A DNA stretch of 60,102 bases from Candidatus Lloydbacteria bacterium RIFCSPLOWO2_01_FULL_50_20 (GCA_001821435.1 MHLP01000037.1:1-60102); one strand, 5' to 3'; shown: positions 8,996 through 19,135, counted from the first letter of the stretch. Notes: generated from the letters alone by a model not told the origin. Numbers and translations are program-made.

Positions 8996-9448
8996 TCAAA
9001 GCCCCAGCGTCTCTTGTTTATATTCGGAGAAAGCGCCGTAGCGGTAGTACGCTGCGCGATCAGTGGATTCCAGTTCATCGCCGATCAGGACTATGAGCTC
9101 CTTGGTGCTTAAGATGGTTTTTCGAGAGGCCAGTATCTTTTGCTCGATCTGTTTCAGCAGTTCTTGTGCCTCTGCGGCGGCATCGCCGCGATCTCGTGTT
9201 CTTCCGTCCGCTCCTTTTCCGCCCGCGCAGGCTTCGAAGATCGATGCGAAAATTTTATGCGGCGCGTAACGGGTATGTTTTCCGCTCTTCTTCTTGATGA
9301 TGAGAAAATCGAGGCTCGGTGTTTCGTAGGTCGAGAAAACCTTTTTACAAGAGAGGCATGTTCTCCTGCGCCAGATCGATGCCCCGCCCTTCGTTGTACG
9401 AGTATTTGTTACTTCGGTCTTTCCGCGTTTACAGAATGGGCATTTCAT
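8996..9448 (-). CDS. nrdR: Transcriptional repressor NrdR (zinc ribbon plus ATP-cone)
   Basis: MKCPFCKRGKTEVTNTR...RRRTCLSCKKVFSTYE. Confidence 0.9.
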   Translation of the reverse strand: MKCPFCKRGKTEVTNTRTTKGGASIWRRRTCLSCKKVFSTYETPSLDFLIIKKKSGKHTRYAPHKIFASIFEACAGGKGADGRTRDRGDAAAEAQELLKQIEQKILASRKTILSTKELIVLIGDELESTDRAAYYRYGAFSEYKQETLGL

Positions 9449-9567
9449 GCGCCCATCTTGTCATAAATAGGTGTGGATAAGCAAATATGTGTATGCTCTA
9501 TAGCAATAGCATCGGACGAACCGTTTTAGCTACAGTGGCATCGGTTCGTTCTTTGAAAGGGAGCATC

Positions 9568-9885
9568 ATGGGCCACAAATTTGTGCCGATCACCGAGTCA
9601 TTGTTCCAGAAGTATTTTGAGGGAAATGATGACCATGCGTACATCGCGGAAAAAGATATGCCGAGGAAATTCAAAAGGACCATCGAGGAGATCGCGCGAA
9701 AGAACGGCGGGCTTTTCGTGAGTGAAACATTCATCATCACTGAACGGCTTTCACCGCTGGCAATACGGGCAGTCGAACGTATCGCGAAAAGAGCGGGATA
9801 CTCGGCGGAATGCAAAAATATCGGCAAGCAATTGCGCTACCCCCCACTCAGATTTTGGCGGTCACTATTCGACGGATTTTTATGA
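9568..9885 (+). CDS. Hypothetical protein
   Basis: ORF trimmed to MGHKFVP, preceded by aaagggag (SD-like). No recognisable motif. Confidence 0.45.
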   Translation: MGHKFVPITESLFQKYFEGNDDHAYIAEKDMPRKFKRTIEEIARKNGGLFVSETFIITERLSPLAIRAVERIAKRAGYSAECKNIGKQLRYPPLRFWRSLFDGFL

Positions 9886-9945
9886 GATACTCCAATATAC
9901 GGAGGTCCGCGTCACTTTGCCTCAACGGGCTCAAAGGAGAAAAAC

Positions 9946-11052
9946 ATGAATATCACCAAGTTAGTGCTTACCGGCGGGCCATGTGCGGGGAAAACAACCG
10001 CACTAGAGTTCCTCGCCGACCGATTGCGGGCGAGCGGATATTATCCGCTTATTGTTCACGAGGCTGCGACGGCGGTCCTTTCGACGGGACTGACTTACCT
10101 GGATGCGAACGGTGACTGGTTTCCGTTCCAGCGCGCTGTGATTCAGCAGATCATTTCCAGCGAGGACATACTCGAGCAAACGCTTCGGCGCCTGTCTTAT
10201 GCACGGCCGATACTCATCTGCGATCGCGGGATTATGGACTCGAAAGCGTATATGACCGCTTCACAGTTCCAGAGAGTTATCGAGGCGTGCGGATTGAGGC
10301 ATCCTGCGAAGATCCGCAACGGGCGTTATGATGCGGTGATCCATATGCGGAGCACTGCCATTGGTGCCGAGGAATTCTATTCTTCAAAAACCAATGTGCA
10401 CCGTCGGGAAACTATCGCGGAAGCGACTGTGGCTGACGAACGGACGCTTGCGGTGTGGCTCGGCCATCAACACCTCGCGGTCGTCGGGAATACGTACGGC
10501 GATTTTGCGGGAAAGCTCGAGGCGGTGTGGAAAAGCGCCTGCCGTTTGCTCGGCATACCGAAACCGCGCGAGATCGAGAAGAAGTTTCTCGTCGAGCCGG
10601 TCGATTTCACAGCTCTCGGCATCCCTCATGAAACGGTGGATATCGAACAATATTATCTGGAACTGCCGGATCAAGAGAAGGAGGTGATCGCCCGTATCCG
10701 CTCATGGGGGAAAAATGGTGCGGAAACGCATACCTTCACGCAAAAGCGGACGATCGTACCTGGCGAGGTCGAAGAGATCGAAGAACATATTTCCGAAATG
10801 GTGTTCGCGCAGTATACGAAATATCAGAAGCGGGGAACGATACCTCTTTGTAAGCGCCGTACGTGTTTCGTCTATAATGACCAGTATTTCATGTACGACG
10901 AATTCCTTACCGGCCGGCCGGGGCTCATGCTTCTCGAAATAGAATTGGAAAGTCAGGAGAGCAATGTCACCCTTCCGCCGTTTGTTCGTGTTCGCAAAGA
11001 TGTTACCCTGAAAAGAGAATACTCAAACAGCATGATCGCCGTCTCGGCATGA
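9946..11052 (+). CDS. P-loop ATPase (NadR/AAA_28-like) fused to a CYTH (triphosphate tunnel) domain
   Basis: Walker A LTGGPCAGKTT at the N-terminus. C-terminal half starts with the EIEKKFLV (ExExK) CYTH signature and later has LLEIELES. Confidence 0.75.
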   Translation: MNITKLVLTGGPCAGKTTALEFLADRLRASGYYPLIVHEAATAVLSTGLTYLDANGDWFPFQRAVIQQIISSEDILEQTLRRLSYARPILICDRGIMDSKAYMTASQFQRVIEACGLRHPAKIRNGRYDAVIHMRSTAIGAEEFYSSKTNVHRRETIAEATVADERTLAVWLGHQHLAVVGNTYGDFAGKLEAVWKSACRLLGIPKPREIEKKFLVEPVDFTALGIPHETVDIEQYYLELPDQEKEVIARIRSWGKNGAETHTFTQKRTIVPGEVEEIEEHISEMVFAQYTKYQKRGTIPLCKRRTCFVYNDQYFMYDEFLTGRPGLMLLEIELESQESNVTLPPFVRVRKDVTLKREYSNSMIAVSA

Positions 11053-11063
11053 TGTCTTTTCCC

Positions 11064-11090
11064 AAAAAGCGCCCCAAGCGGCGCTTTTTT
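11064..11090 (+). terminator. Rho-independent terminator
   Basis: aaaaagcgcc-ccaagc-ggcgcttttt plus T. Confidence 0.8.
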
Positions 11091-11170
11091 CATTTTAGGT
11101 TTCACGCTACAATGTTTATATACGTAAGCGAATGATGCGGTCTTCGGCAGATATATCGCGGCAGAGATCT

Positions 11171-11367
11171 TAGAACCTATCTCAAAATAAACCGCTTAAA
11201 ACATGATCCACCACGAACGACGCTTGGCGAACAGCAGATTGAAATTTCGGCTACAAAGTCGTAAAACCTCGGTCGTCGTAGCTTTGGCTACGCCTCCTTC
11301 AGTTTTTCGACTTTTCGCTTCGAAATTTCTACCTTCTGTTCAGCCATTTATTTTGAGATAGGTTCTA
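11171..11367. repeat. 197-bp palindromic (MITE-like) element with perfect 21-bp terminal inverted repeats ending on the pyrE-like start codon
   Basis: TAGAACCTATCTCAAAATAAA (11171-11191) is the exact reverse complement of 11347-11367. Interior has nested complementary segments (gaaatttcg/cgaaatttc, aaagtcg/cgacttt) and a central cgtagc-tttg-gctacg hairpin. Confidence 0.7.
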
Positions 11368-11897
11368 TGAAAAAGAAAGCACTCATTAAACGGCTGCATG
11401 AGATAGGCGTCATTATGAACAAGCCGGTACTGCTCAGGTCCGGCATAACTGCTGATTTTTACTGCGATATCAAAAAAGCCTACGGATACTCCGACGTTCT
11501 CAATGCCTTTGTCGATGAGATCGGAAAAAAGATCGATGACAGTATCACTGCGATCACCGGATCGGGATACGGCGGATTGCCGCTCGCCGCGGTGTTGTCC
11601 CTCCGGTTCAACAAGCACTTTGTCGCCGTGCGGGATAATATCAAGAAACACGGACGCAAGGAACGCTTCGACGGGTATACTCCGACGCCCAGAGACCGCG
11701 TGCTTATCGTTGATGACGTGCTCACGACCGGAAGCAGTGTCTGCGAGACCATTGCGGCGCTCAAGAAAACCGGGGCAACAATCGCGGAAGTGATCGTGCT
11801 TGTCAAAAGAGGGGAAGCCGAGCTTCCCGTTCCCACATCATATATTTTGCATATCGACGAATTGCGTGAACATAAAGCGTCGCGCAAGAAGCAATAA
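11367..11897 (+). CDS. pyrE: Phosphoribosyltransferase, orotate PRTase-like
   Basis: PRPP-binding motif VLIVDDVLTTGSS. 176 aa, the size and layout of short PyrE. Confidence 0.7.
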   Translation: MKKKALIKRLHEIGVIMNKPVLLRSGITADFYCDIKKAYGYSDVLNAFVDEIGKKIDDSITAITGSGYGGLPLAAVLSLRFNKHFVAVRDNIKKHGRKERFDGYTPTPRDRVLIVDDVLTTGSSVCETIAALKKTGATIAEVIVLVKRGEAELPVPTSYILHIDELREHKASRKKQ

Positions 11898-12209
11898 CAG
11901 CGAATTTTGCTCTGTGTGCGCGCCACGCTTGTTGCGCTTGATACTTTTTTGTTACCTTTTCACTTATCCACTGTTCAATTTTGGTTTTCTATTCACAAGT
12001 ATATAATAGAGGGTAGATTTCGGAAAGGGAATCGGAGGGTTCCCGAAGTGTTGTTTTTTACCACGGCTAGCGAGGAGCGCGTGCAAAATGCTGATTTTAC
12101 ACAGTGTCCGAGCGACGACGTGGACAAAGGTGAATGCCGCGCGGCTCTGCCCCAGGGACCTTTACTCACAATGCTTGTTTGCGCGTTTATTATTTTTTTA
12201 ATAAATAAC

Positions 12210-15200
12210 ATGAATTTATTGAAGGCCCGTTTGCATGTGTTCGCCGCGATAGCCACTGTTGCTTCCGCGTTCTTTTTATTTTTTACTACTGCACCGCTCG
12301 CGTATGCAGTGGATGAGTTTTCCGTCATTCCGTCGACCGCCGCTACGGATAACCTCATTGGCGCGACAAACGCTCAGTGGGTTTTTACTGCGACGACGAC
12401 TGCTGAGATCGCGACAAGCTCGGTCATTCAGCTGATTTTTCCCAATATTTCTCAGGGGGCTGTGCCTTTTAGCATAACCGGAGCCTCGGTTCTCGCTACG
12501 TCATCAGACATGGTCGGCGTTTTTGATCTTTATACAACACCCACAGGAGCCGTCTCAGGAGTGGTGGCCGCACAAAGCCAGTTAGGTCCGGTTGTCTACG
12601 GTTACGCGACGTCGACCATTCCCGCCGGAACAATGTTTTCCGTTACGTTAACGGGCATCACGAACGCTACCGGTCAGCTCTCAGTGCTGCAGAATCTCGC
12701 ATGGATGGTCTATGCTGGGACGCCGGCTGATCCGGGACAACCTGAAAGTACGTTATCCTCGACGGCCTTTAATGCCGCAAACCAGACAGCGTCGCGCGGG
12801 CTTATACGGGGAGGAGGGGCATTAGTATCTGATGTCAGTTCAGCTATTTCAGCGACATCGTACGCCACCAGCACCGCTACTTCGATCACCCTGGCGATCA
12901 AAACGACAACGGAGATCCCTATTGGTGGAAAGATAGGAATTAACCTGCCTTCTGAATACAGTTTGATGAACGCCACCGTGACTGACACGGAAATTATTAA
13001 CGGCGGTTCTGCGACGGTGGTCAATGGCGCCATAGCCACATCGACGGGACAAGGAGTGAATAGGGTGATCCTGACGACAAGCGGTGACGTTGTGAGCGCG
13101 GGCGATATACTTACCGTAACGATAAACGGGTTAACGAATCCCGCGACTGCCGGTGTGTATCGGCCATTCTCGATCTTCACCATGAAAGCGAATAGCGGTC
13201 TCCTTGACGGGTCATATTTTGGTTTTGAGCCAGCAGATTTTGGCAGCGGAGCTCCGCCGCCGCAGGACACCCTTCATGTCGGCGGGTTAAATACGATCAT
13301 TATCCAGGTGCGCAAGCAAAGCGGCGGGAGTACCGTCGCACTGACGGGAAATGAATTGACCTCGGTGAAAGTCGGCGCAGGTTGTCCCGATAAACAATTC
13401 TTTATCGGAGAGCGCTGGCTTGATGCGAGTTCAAACGCCCAGTATGACAATGCGCTCGACTGCAATTACATGCTCGGTGTGAGTCCGTTCGATGCAAGTG
13501 ATCAAAGTTTTTACAATAATTTTCTTCCGCCCGGCTTTAAGAGTCTGAATGTCGTGTCATCGGGTAGTACCGGAGCTATAGCAACAACAACGCTGGTATT
13601 CGGCGTCCCGAATTCGACGACAACCTTGAAGCTGACCGGCGGCGTTGCGGGGCAAACCGCTTTCATTCAGGCGTTCAGCTCGGAGAATGAATCGTATACG
13701 GAAGTCTTTACCGACACGACGTATGCGACGCCGGGTTTTGACGGCAGCGGTAATGGTTACGCACGGGTGCTTATCGATAGCGGCAAGGATTGGAGCTTCA
13801 ACGTGATGGGCGGAGTTTTTGGTTCCGGAGCTAATTTTTCGAACGGCGCAGGGGCGAAACTGTGGCCGCCGGTCATTCCGTCCATTCGTCTCACCGCCGC
13901 AAGCACATCGAATCTCGGTACATTCCCTTATGTGGTCGCCGATAAGAACCTTGTAGTGACCCTCTCAAAAAGCGGAGCATCGGGCAATGTCGATAATGCG
14001 TGCGTTGGAGTGATGAGAAGCGGCGGCGGCATATTCATGGGACCACAGGATATGGTCTGCCAGACGAATTATGACAGTGACGGTAACAGCTCGCTTGATT
14101 CTTACCGCTTTAAAGTTCCCGCCGGTACGATCACCATACAGATCGATCGCGGAGGTTTTGGTGCGCCGCTCAGTTATCCGGTCGGCATAACGAATGCGAC
14201 AACGACAAAAACGATCGCCTTAAGTTCGCCGACTTCATACATCGTTGTGAACGTAGAGACGAGCGGTGGCACGGCCATTAACGGAGCTCCGGTGTTTGCC
14301 TACGGCTCCAGTGGCTTTGGTAACGGCATGACGAGCACGACAGGATCAACGACTCTTTATGTCTCTCCAGGAACGTATACTGTCGAAGGTTTCGCGCCGG
14401 CGTTCGGGCCGCTTACCGCTCAAACAGCGACAGTAAGCGAAGGCTCGAATCCTTCCGTGACCTTTACGGTAAACACTGCAAATCTCAAGACTATTTCGGG
14501 AAGGGTCACGCAGGGCGGAAGCGGTGTCGCCGGCATCAAGATCGGAGCCCATGGAACCGGAAATACGACGGGAGGTAACGGAACGGAAACGGATGCGGAT
14601 GGATACTATACGCTTTATGTGCCTACGGGGACGTACGAGATCGGCGGGTGGTCTGCGGACATCGGCGGACTTTCGCCGCTCACCGCAGATGTCTCATCAT
14701 CAAACGCAACCGGTAAGAATTGGTCGCTCAGCGCACAGGGAACACTGCATATCGAAATACAAAATTCATCGAACATTAGTCCGCTCTTTGCCGGAGCATT
14801 TGATGCAACTACCGGGCGCGGTAATGGTACCGATTCATGGTCGGCAAGCTCTACTTCAAAAGTAGCGAACATTACGCTTCCTGCCGGTACATACGATGTA
14901 CATGCGGGATCTCCTTCTCTCGGCGAATTTGGAAGTCAGGCCGATGTGGAGATCACAGCGGAAGAAACAATCAATGTGATATTTAACGCATCGGCGAGCG
15001 TTACCTTGGTCACGCTTTCTGGATCGGTGACCGCAAGTGCGGTCGGGGTCGCTGATGTGAACGTTTGGGCAAGCCGCGTGAACGGTCCGGGATTCTTTTC
15101 GACGCAGACAGATGAGAACGGTGATTATTCTTTGCAGGTGCCCGATGGAATAACTTACCGGGTAGGAGCGAGATCACTGGCGTATATCACCGTTGAAGGC

Positions 15201-16784
15201 GATACGAATGTGGTGGTATCAGGAAACGCGACGCGAGATTTCACCTTATCTACCGCAGCGAATACGATCACCGGTACCGTAAAGAATTCCGAAGGAACAG
15301 GGATCGCGAATGGCTGGGTCATGGCATTCAAGACGAACGGTAACGCCAGTTCGACACAGACCGGCGCTCCGACCGATGCTTCAGGAAATTACTCGCTCAA
15401 CGTCGATGCGAACTCGACGTGGGATATTGTCGCTGAAGGTCCGTGTTACCTTCGTTCAACAGCAATATCAGCGTCGGCTGATGATACCGGTAAAAATATC
15501 ACACTTGCCGCGCGAAGCGGCTGCACCGCGCCGACACCAGAGATCCACGCGATTACCGATTCTTCCGGCGGCCAGATCTCGCAAAGCAATATGACATTGA
15601 GCATTCCCGCCAACGCATTGGGCACATCGCAAAGTTCTGTGAGCGTATCGGTGTCTGACGCCTCGAACGCTGTCGCCTCAGCCAACGCGACGCCGCTCGA
15701 TGACTCAGTGAAGACGATCACTGCATCAGATTCTTCCGGGCAATCGATCACGACGCTCAATAACAATGCTTCATTGATCCTTGAATATGACCCCGCAGAA
15801 TTACCGAACGGTTTCGATGAATCGACCCTTCAGCTGGCGTACTTTGATTCAACTACAGCTCAGTGGGAGCCGGTCGCCGCAACCGTTGATACGACGAACA
15901 ATACCCTTACGGCGCAGATAAGCCACTTCACTGATTACGGACCGATCTTGCCCGGTGTTCCGGATGCGCCAACTGGACTTGCGACAGCCTCGATTTCGGC
16001 ATCACAGATCAATTTATCGTGGACCGCCTCTCCGACTGCCGATACCTATGTGATCTATCGTAGTTTGACCGATTCCGGCTTTACGACCGCTATAGTATCA
16101 GGGATAACTGGAACAACATATTCCAACGACAGCGGACTTTCTGCGAATACCACCTATTATTACGAGGTCGCAGGTGTCAATGATAATGGCGAAGGTCCAA
16201 ATTCGAGCTCGGCAAATGCGAAAACACAATCCGGACCATCCGGAGGAAGCGGGGAGAGCAGCGGAAGCAGTGGCGGGTCGATCGTATCTGTCGTCACCAC
16301 CACGACAACGGCTACAACCGCAACGACGACCGCGACGAGCACGACGGCAACCGCAACCTCTACTCCTGTAACGGTAACGGCGACAACCGCAGCTTTCACG
16401 ATACCAACGACACCAGAAGCGCGACAGGCGCTTATCACGGAGCTATTGGCACAGATCACTGCATTACGCGCTCAACTTGTTGCATTAGGCGGTGCGGATC
16501 CAAGTATCAGTGCATTGCTTAATGCCAATCCAAACGCAAGCTTCAAGCGTGATCTCAAACTCGGTTCAATAGGGGAAGACGTGAGGGCACTCCAGGTTTG
16601 GCTCAATGCGCACGGTTTTACAGTGGCAAAAAGCGGACCAGGTTCGCGAGGAAAGGAGACGACCAAATTCGGTTCGCTCACAAAAGCCGCACTCGTCAAA
16701 TTCCAGTCGGCAAAAGGTATCAAGCCATCAGCAGGATATTTCGGTCCGAAAACCAGAGCATTTTTGGGCGCGAATTCGCAATAA
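12210..16784 (+). CDS. Giant (1524 aa) cell-surface protein: CarboxypepD_reg-like repeats, FN3, Thr/Ala-rich linker, C-terminal peptidoglycan-binding domain
   Basis: Start trimmed to MNLLKARLHVFAAIATVASAFFLFF (signal/anchor). Repeats of type GRVTQGGSGVAGIKI...DADGYYTLYVPTGTYE. FN3: PDAPTGL...LSWTASP...YYYEV. PG_binding_1-like: GEDVRALQVWLNAHGF...GYFGPKTRAFL. Confidence 0.85.
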   Translation: MNLLKARLHVFAAIATVASAFFLFFTTAPLAYAVDEFSVIPSTAATDNLIGATNAQWVFTATTTAEIATSSVIQLIFPNISQGAVPFSITGASVLATSSDMVGVFDLYTTPTGAVSGVVAAQSQLGPVVYGYATSTIPAGTMFSVTLTGITNATGQLSVLQNLAWMVYAGTPADPGQPESTLSSTAFNAANQTASRGLIRGGGALVSDVSSAISATSYATSTATSITLAIKTTTEIPIGGKIGINLPSEYSLMNATVTDTEIINGGSATVVNGAIATSTGQGVNRVILTTSGDVVSAGDILTVTINGLTNPATAGVYRPFSIFTMKANSGLLDGSYFGFEPADFGSGAPPPQDTLHVGGLNTIIIQVRKQSGGSTVALTGNELTSVKVGAGCPDKQFFIGERWLDASSNAQYDNALDCNYMLGVSPFDASDQSFYNNFLPPGFKSLNVVSSGSTGAIATTTLVFGVPNSTTTLKLTGGVAGQTAFIQAFSSENESYTEVFTDTTYATPGFDGSGNGYARVLIDSGKDWSFNVMGGVFGSGANFSNGAGAKLWPPVIPSIRLTAASTSNLGTFPYVVADKNLVVTLSKSGASGNVDNACVGVMRSGGGIFMGPQDMVCQTNYDSDGNSSLDSYRFKVPAGTITIQIDRGGFGAPLSYPVGITNATTTKTIALSSPTSYIVVNVETSGGTAINGAPVFAYGSSGFGNGMTSTTGSTTLYVSPGTYTVEGFAPAFGPLTAQTATVSEGSNPSVTFTVNTANLKTISGRVTQGGSGVAGIKIGAHGTGNTTGGNGTETDADGYYTLYVPTGTYEIGGWSADIGGLSPLTADVSSSNATGKNWSLSAQGTLHIEIQNSSNISPLFAGAFDATTGRGNGTDSWSASSTSKVANITLPAGTYDVHAGSPSLGEFGSQADVEITAEETINVIFNASASVTLVTLSGSVTASAVGVADVNVWASRVNGPGFFSTQTDENGDYSLQVPDGITYRVGARSLAYITVEGDTNVVVSGNATRDFTLSTAANTITGTVKNSEGTGIANGWVMAFKTNGNASSTQTGAPTDASGNYSLNVDANSTWDIVAEGPCYLRSTAISASADDTGKNITLAARSGCTAPTPEIHAITDSSGGQISQSNMTLSIPANALGTSQSSVSVSVSDASNAVASANATPLDDSVKTITASDSSGQSITTLNNNASLILEYDPAELPNGFDESTLQLAYFDSTTAQWEPVAATVDTTNNTLTAQISHFTDYGPILPGVPDAPTGLATASISASQINLSWTASPTADTYVIYRSLTDSGFTTAIVSGITGTTYSNDSGLSANTTYYYEVAGVNDNGEGPNSSSANAKTQSGPSGGSGESSGSSGGSIVSVVTTTTTATTATTTATSTTATATSTPVTVTATTAAFTIPTTPEARQALITELLAQITALRAQLVALGGADPSISALLNANPNASFKRDLKLGSIGEDVRALQVWLNAHGFTVAKSGPGSRGKETTKFGSLTKAALVKFQSAKGIKPSAGYFGPKTRAFLGANSQ

Positions 16785-16939
16785 TCGGAAAGAGGGTTTA
16801 GCAGGAGAATCTGCTCACCAACAATGAGCGGATTTTCTACCCGTGCTGACTTTTACCCCTAAAGCTACCGTATGCACTTTTGCGCATATGGCATGATAAC
16901 GCTGTTTTCAAGGGCTATTTTTCGGTGTATCTTTAGAGA

Positions 16940-18112
16940 GTGGGGCACCAAGAACATCAGCACAAAACTGACCCAAAATTTCCTAAGGGTTTTTTATGGG
17001 GCGCAAGCACGTCTGCATACCAGGTAGAAGGAGGGATCGAAAATAATGACTGGGCCAAAGCGGCGCGTGAAGGAAAATTTCCGGTGGCGGGCATATCCTG
17101 CGACCAATATCACCGATACGAAGAGGATTTTGCCATCGCACAATCACTCGGGCACAACGCTCACCGGCTTTCCATCGAGTGGGCGCGCATTGAGCCTAAT
17201 GAAGGTGAATTCGACGAGAAAGAGATCGAACACTATCGCTTGATCTTAGTATCGCTCCAAAAGCATGGATTAGAGCCGTTTGTGAATCTTTGGCACTACA
17301 CGGTCCCTATTTGGTTCGCTGAAATGGGCGGCTTTGAGCATCCCGATGCGTCAAAGATCTTTGCCCGTTACATGGCGTATGTCATGACAAGGTTGGGTGG
17401 GGAAGCGACGTTCTGGCTGACGCTCAATGAACCGATGGTATTCGCTTCGGCGGCGTATTTGAGGGGCAAGTGGCCGCCGTTCAAGAAGAATTTTTTTAAG
17501 TTCATAAAAATTCAATCATGCTTGGTTTCTGCACATAACTTAGCTTACGAAATGACGAAAAAGATCTCCCCGCATACGCAGATCGGCATCGCCAAAAACA
17601 ATATCTATTTCGCGTCAGACGGAAGGTGGTGGAACGATCTGGCGAAGCTTTTTATGGATTGGTTCTGGAACGAACGGTTCCTGAATGCTATCGATGCGCA
17701 TCAGGATTTCATCGGATTGAATCATTATTTTTACCAAAAATTCGGGAAAAAAGAAAAACTTCCACAATCGGACCGCGGATGGGATATCTTTCCGGAGGCC
17801 ATTTATCACTGTCTTCTAGAGCTTAAAAGATATCGGAAACCCATTTATGTGTCCGAACACGGCATTGCCGATGAAGCAGACACTCAGCGCGGTGAATTCA
17901 TAAAAAATTATCTTTGTTATATCAAGAAAGCCATTGATGAAGGGATCGACGTGCGGGGCTATTTCTATTGGTCGCTCATCGATAATTTTGAGCTCGAGGA
18001 AGGCTATACTAAAAAATTCGGTCTCGTCACGTTTGATCCGGTAACACAAGCGAGGACGATCCGTCCGTCCGCTTTTACTTATAAAGAGATTATTGAAAAC
18101 CAATCAGCATGA
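16940..18112 (+). CDS. GH1 beta-glucosidase
   Basis: FPKGFLWGASTSAYQVEGG, acid/base TLNEP, nucleophile-region IYVSEHG. GTG start. Confidence 0.9.
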   Translation: MGHQEHQHKTDPKFPKGFLWGASTSAYQVEGGIENNDWAKAAREGKFPVAGISCDQYHRYEEDFAIAQSLGHNAHRLSIEWARIEPNEGEFDEKEIEHYRLILVSLQKHGLEPFVNLWHYTVPIWFAEMGGFEHPDASKIFARYMAYVMTRLGGEATFWLTLNEPMVFASAAYLRGKWPPFKKNFFKFIKIQSCLVSAHNLAYEMTKKISPHTQIGIAKNNIYFASDGRWWNDLAKLFMDWFWNERFLNAIDAHQDFIGLNHYFYQKFGKKEKLPQSDRGWDIFPEAIYHCLLELKRYRKPIYVSEHGIADEADTQRGEFIKNYLCYIKKAIDEGIDVRGYFYWSLIDNFELEEGYTKKFGLVTFDPVTQARTIRPSAFTYKEIIENQSA

Positions 18113-19017
18113 TGAACGGAGATTTTGCGGCAATGTTATCGATAGGATTGGTCGTTTTTGCGCAGCTTCTGAATGCCATAAGCGTACTTATCGATAAGTA
18201 TGTCGTTACGCATACGACCATTACGCGCCCAAGCGTATATGTTTTTTATGTCGGGATGATCTCGGGAACAGCCTTGCTTTTGCTGCCGTTGGGAATTGTG
18301 GGCATGCCTGACGCGACGACGATATGGCTTTCACTCGATATCGGTTTTGTGTTCATTGCCTCGATACTTTTTCTTTATCGGGCGCTTAAACATGCGAATG
18401 CGACTGATGTCGTGGTGTGGCTGACGGCTGTTTCGGCGCTTACGTCGTTTATTTTTGGCGTTTTTTTTCTCGACGAACAATTGCCCAGAGCATTTCCTTT
18501 CGCCATCGGGCTTTTTGTGCTGGGGATGTTTTTTGTCGGGCATTTTAGATTTTATGCCCGGTCATTTCTTCAGGTGATTGCGGCGGGGTTATTGTTCGGT
18601 TTATCCGTCGTGCTTGTGAAGATACTTTTTTCTCACGCTTCTTTTATTGATGGGTTCTTCTGGTCCCGTATGGGAAATATGATCGCCGCGCTTTCTCTCC
18701 TCTTTTTTCCATCTGTCCGCAACCACGTCTTCCACATTACGCGAAGCACATCGAAACATGTCGGTGCGCTCATTTTTGTGAACCGCGCGCTGAATGGCAT
18801 CGCGCTGTTGTGCATACTTTATGCGATCGGCCTCGGCTCCGTTTCGTTGATTAATTCGCTTTCTTCTCTGCAGTTCGTCTTTATTTTCCTGCTCATCTTT
18901 GCCTTTGCGAAGTATGTTCCTCAATTATACGAGCATGAGTTCAGGCCGGGGCATATTTTGCATAAGGTAGTCGCAATGTGTTTCATATCCGTCGGTTTCA
19001 TCGTTTTATTTTTATGA
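18109..19017 (+). CDS. EamA/DMT-family membrane transporter
   Basis: About 10 predicted TM helices in two repeats. ATGA overlap with the GH1 gene. Confidence 0.7.
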   Translation: MMNGDFAAMLSIGLVVFAQLLNAISVLIDKYVVTHTTITRPSVYVFYVGMISGTALLLLPLGIVGMPDATTIWLSLDIGFVFIASILFLYRALKHANATDVVVWLTAVSALTSFIFGVFFLDEQLPRAFPFAIGLFVLGMFFVGHFRFYARSFLQVIAAGLLFGLSVVLVKILFSHASFIDGFFWSRMGNMIAALSLLFFPSVRNHVFHITRSTSKHVGALIFVNRALNGIALLCILYAIGLGSVSLINSLSSLQFVFIFLLIFAFAKYVPQLYEHEFRPGHILHKVVAMCFISVGFIVLFL

Positions 19018-19135
19018 ATCCCATTAGCGATCGCGGCTGCGCACGCAGGGTGCAATCTAAAAAATATGGTTGAACTTATAAAAAGTAATTCTCTAGGGCG
19101 CAAACAATATCTGTCCGCGTCCTATTGCTAACAGG

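Noticed and set aside
12710-13270. Long antisense ORFs inside the giant genes, for example 12710-13270(-), 5231-5731(-), 6523-6978(+) and 7237-7977(-).
   Set aside because: They lie entirely within much longer ORFs that have clear domain content. Their translations are low-complexity or Arg/Ser/Pro-rich, typical of shadow frames.
16250-16400. A repetitive acg/gca/acc-rich stretch that looks like a tandem repeat or a possible CRISPR-like array.
   Set aside because: It is the in-frame Thr/Ala/Ser-rich linker of the 1524-aa surface protein. It has no repeat-spacer periodicity and no conserved repeat unit of 24 nt or more.
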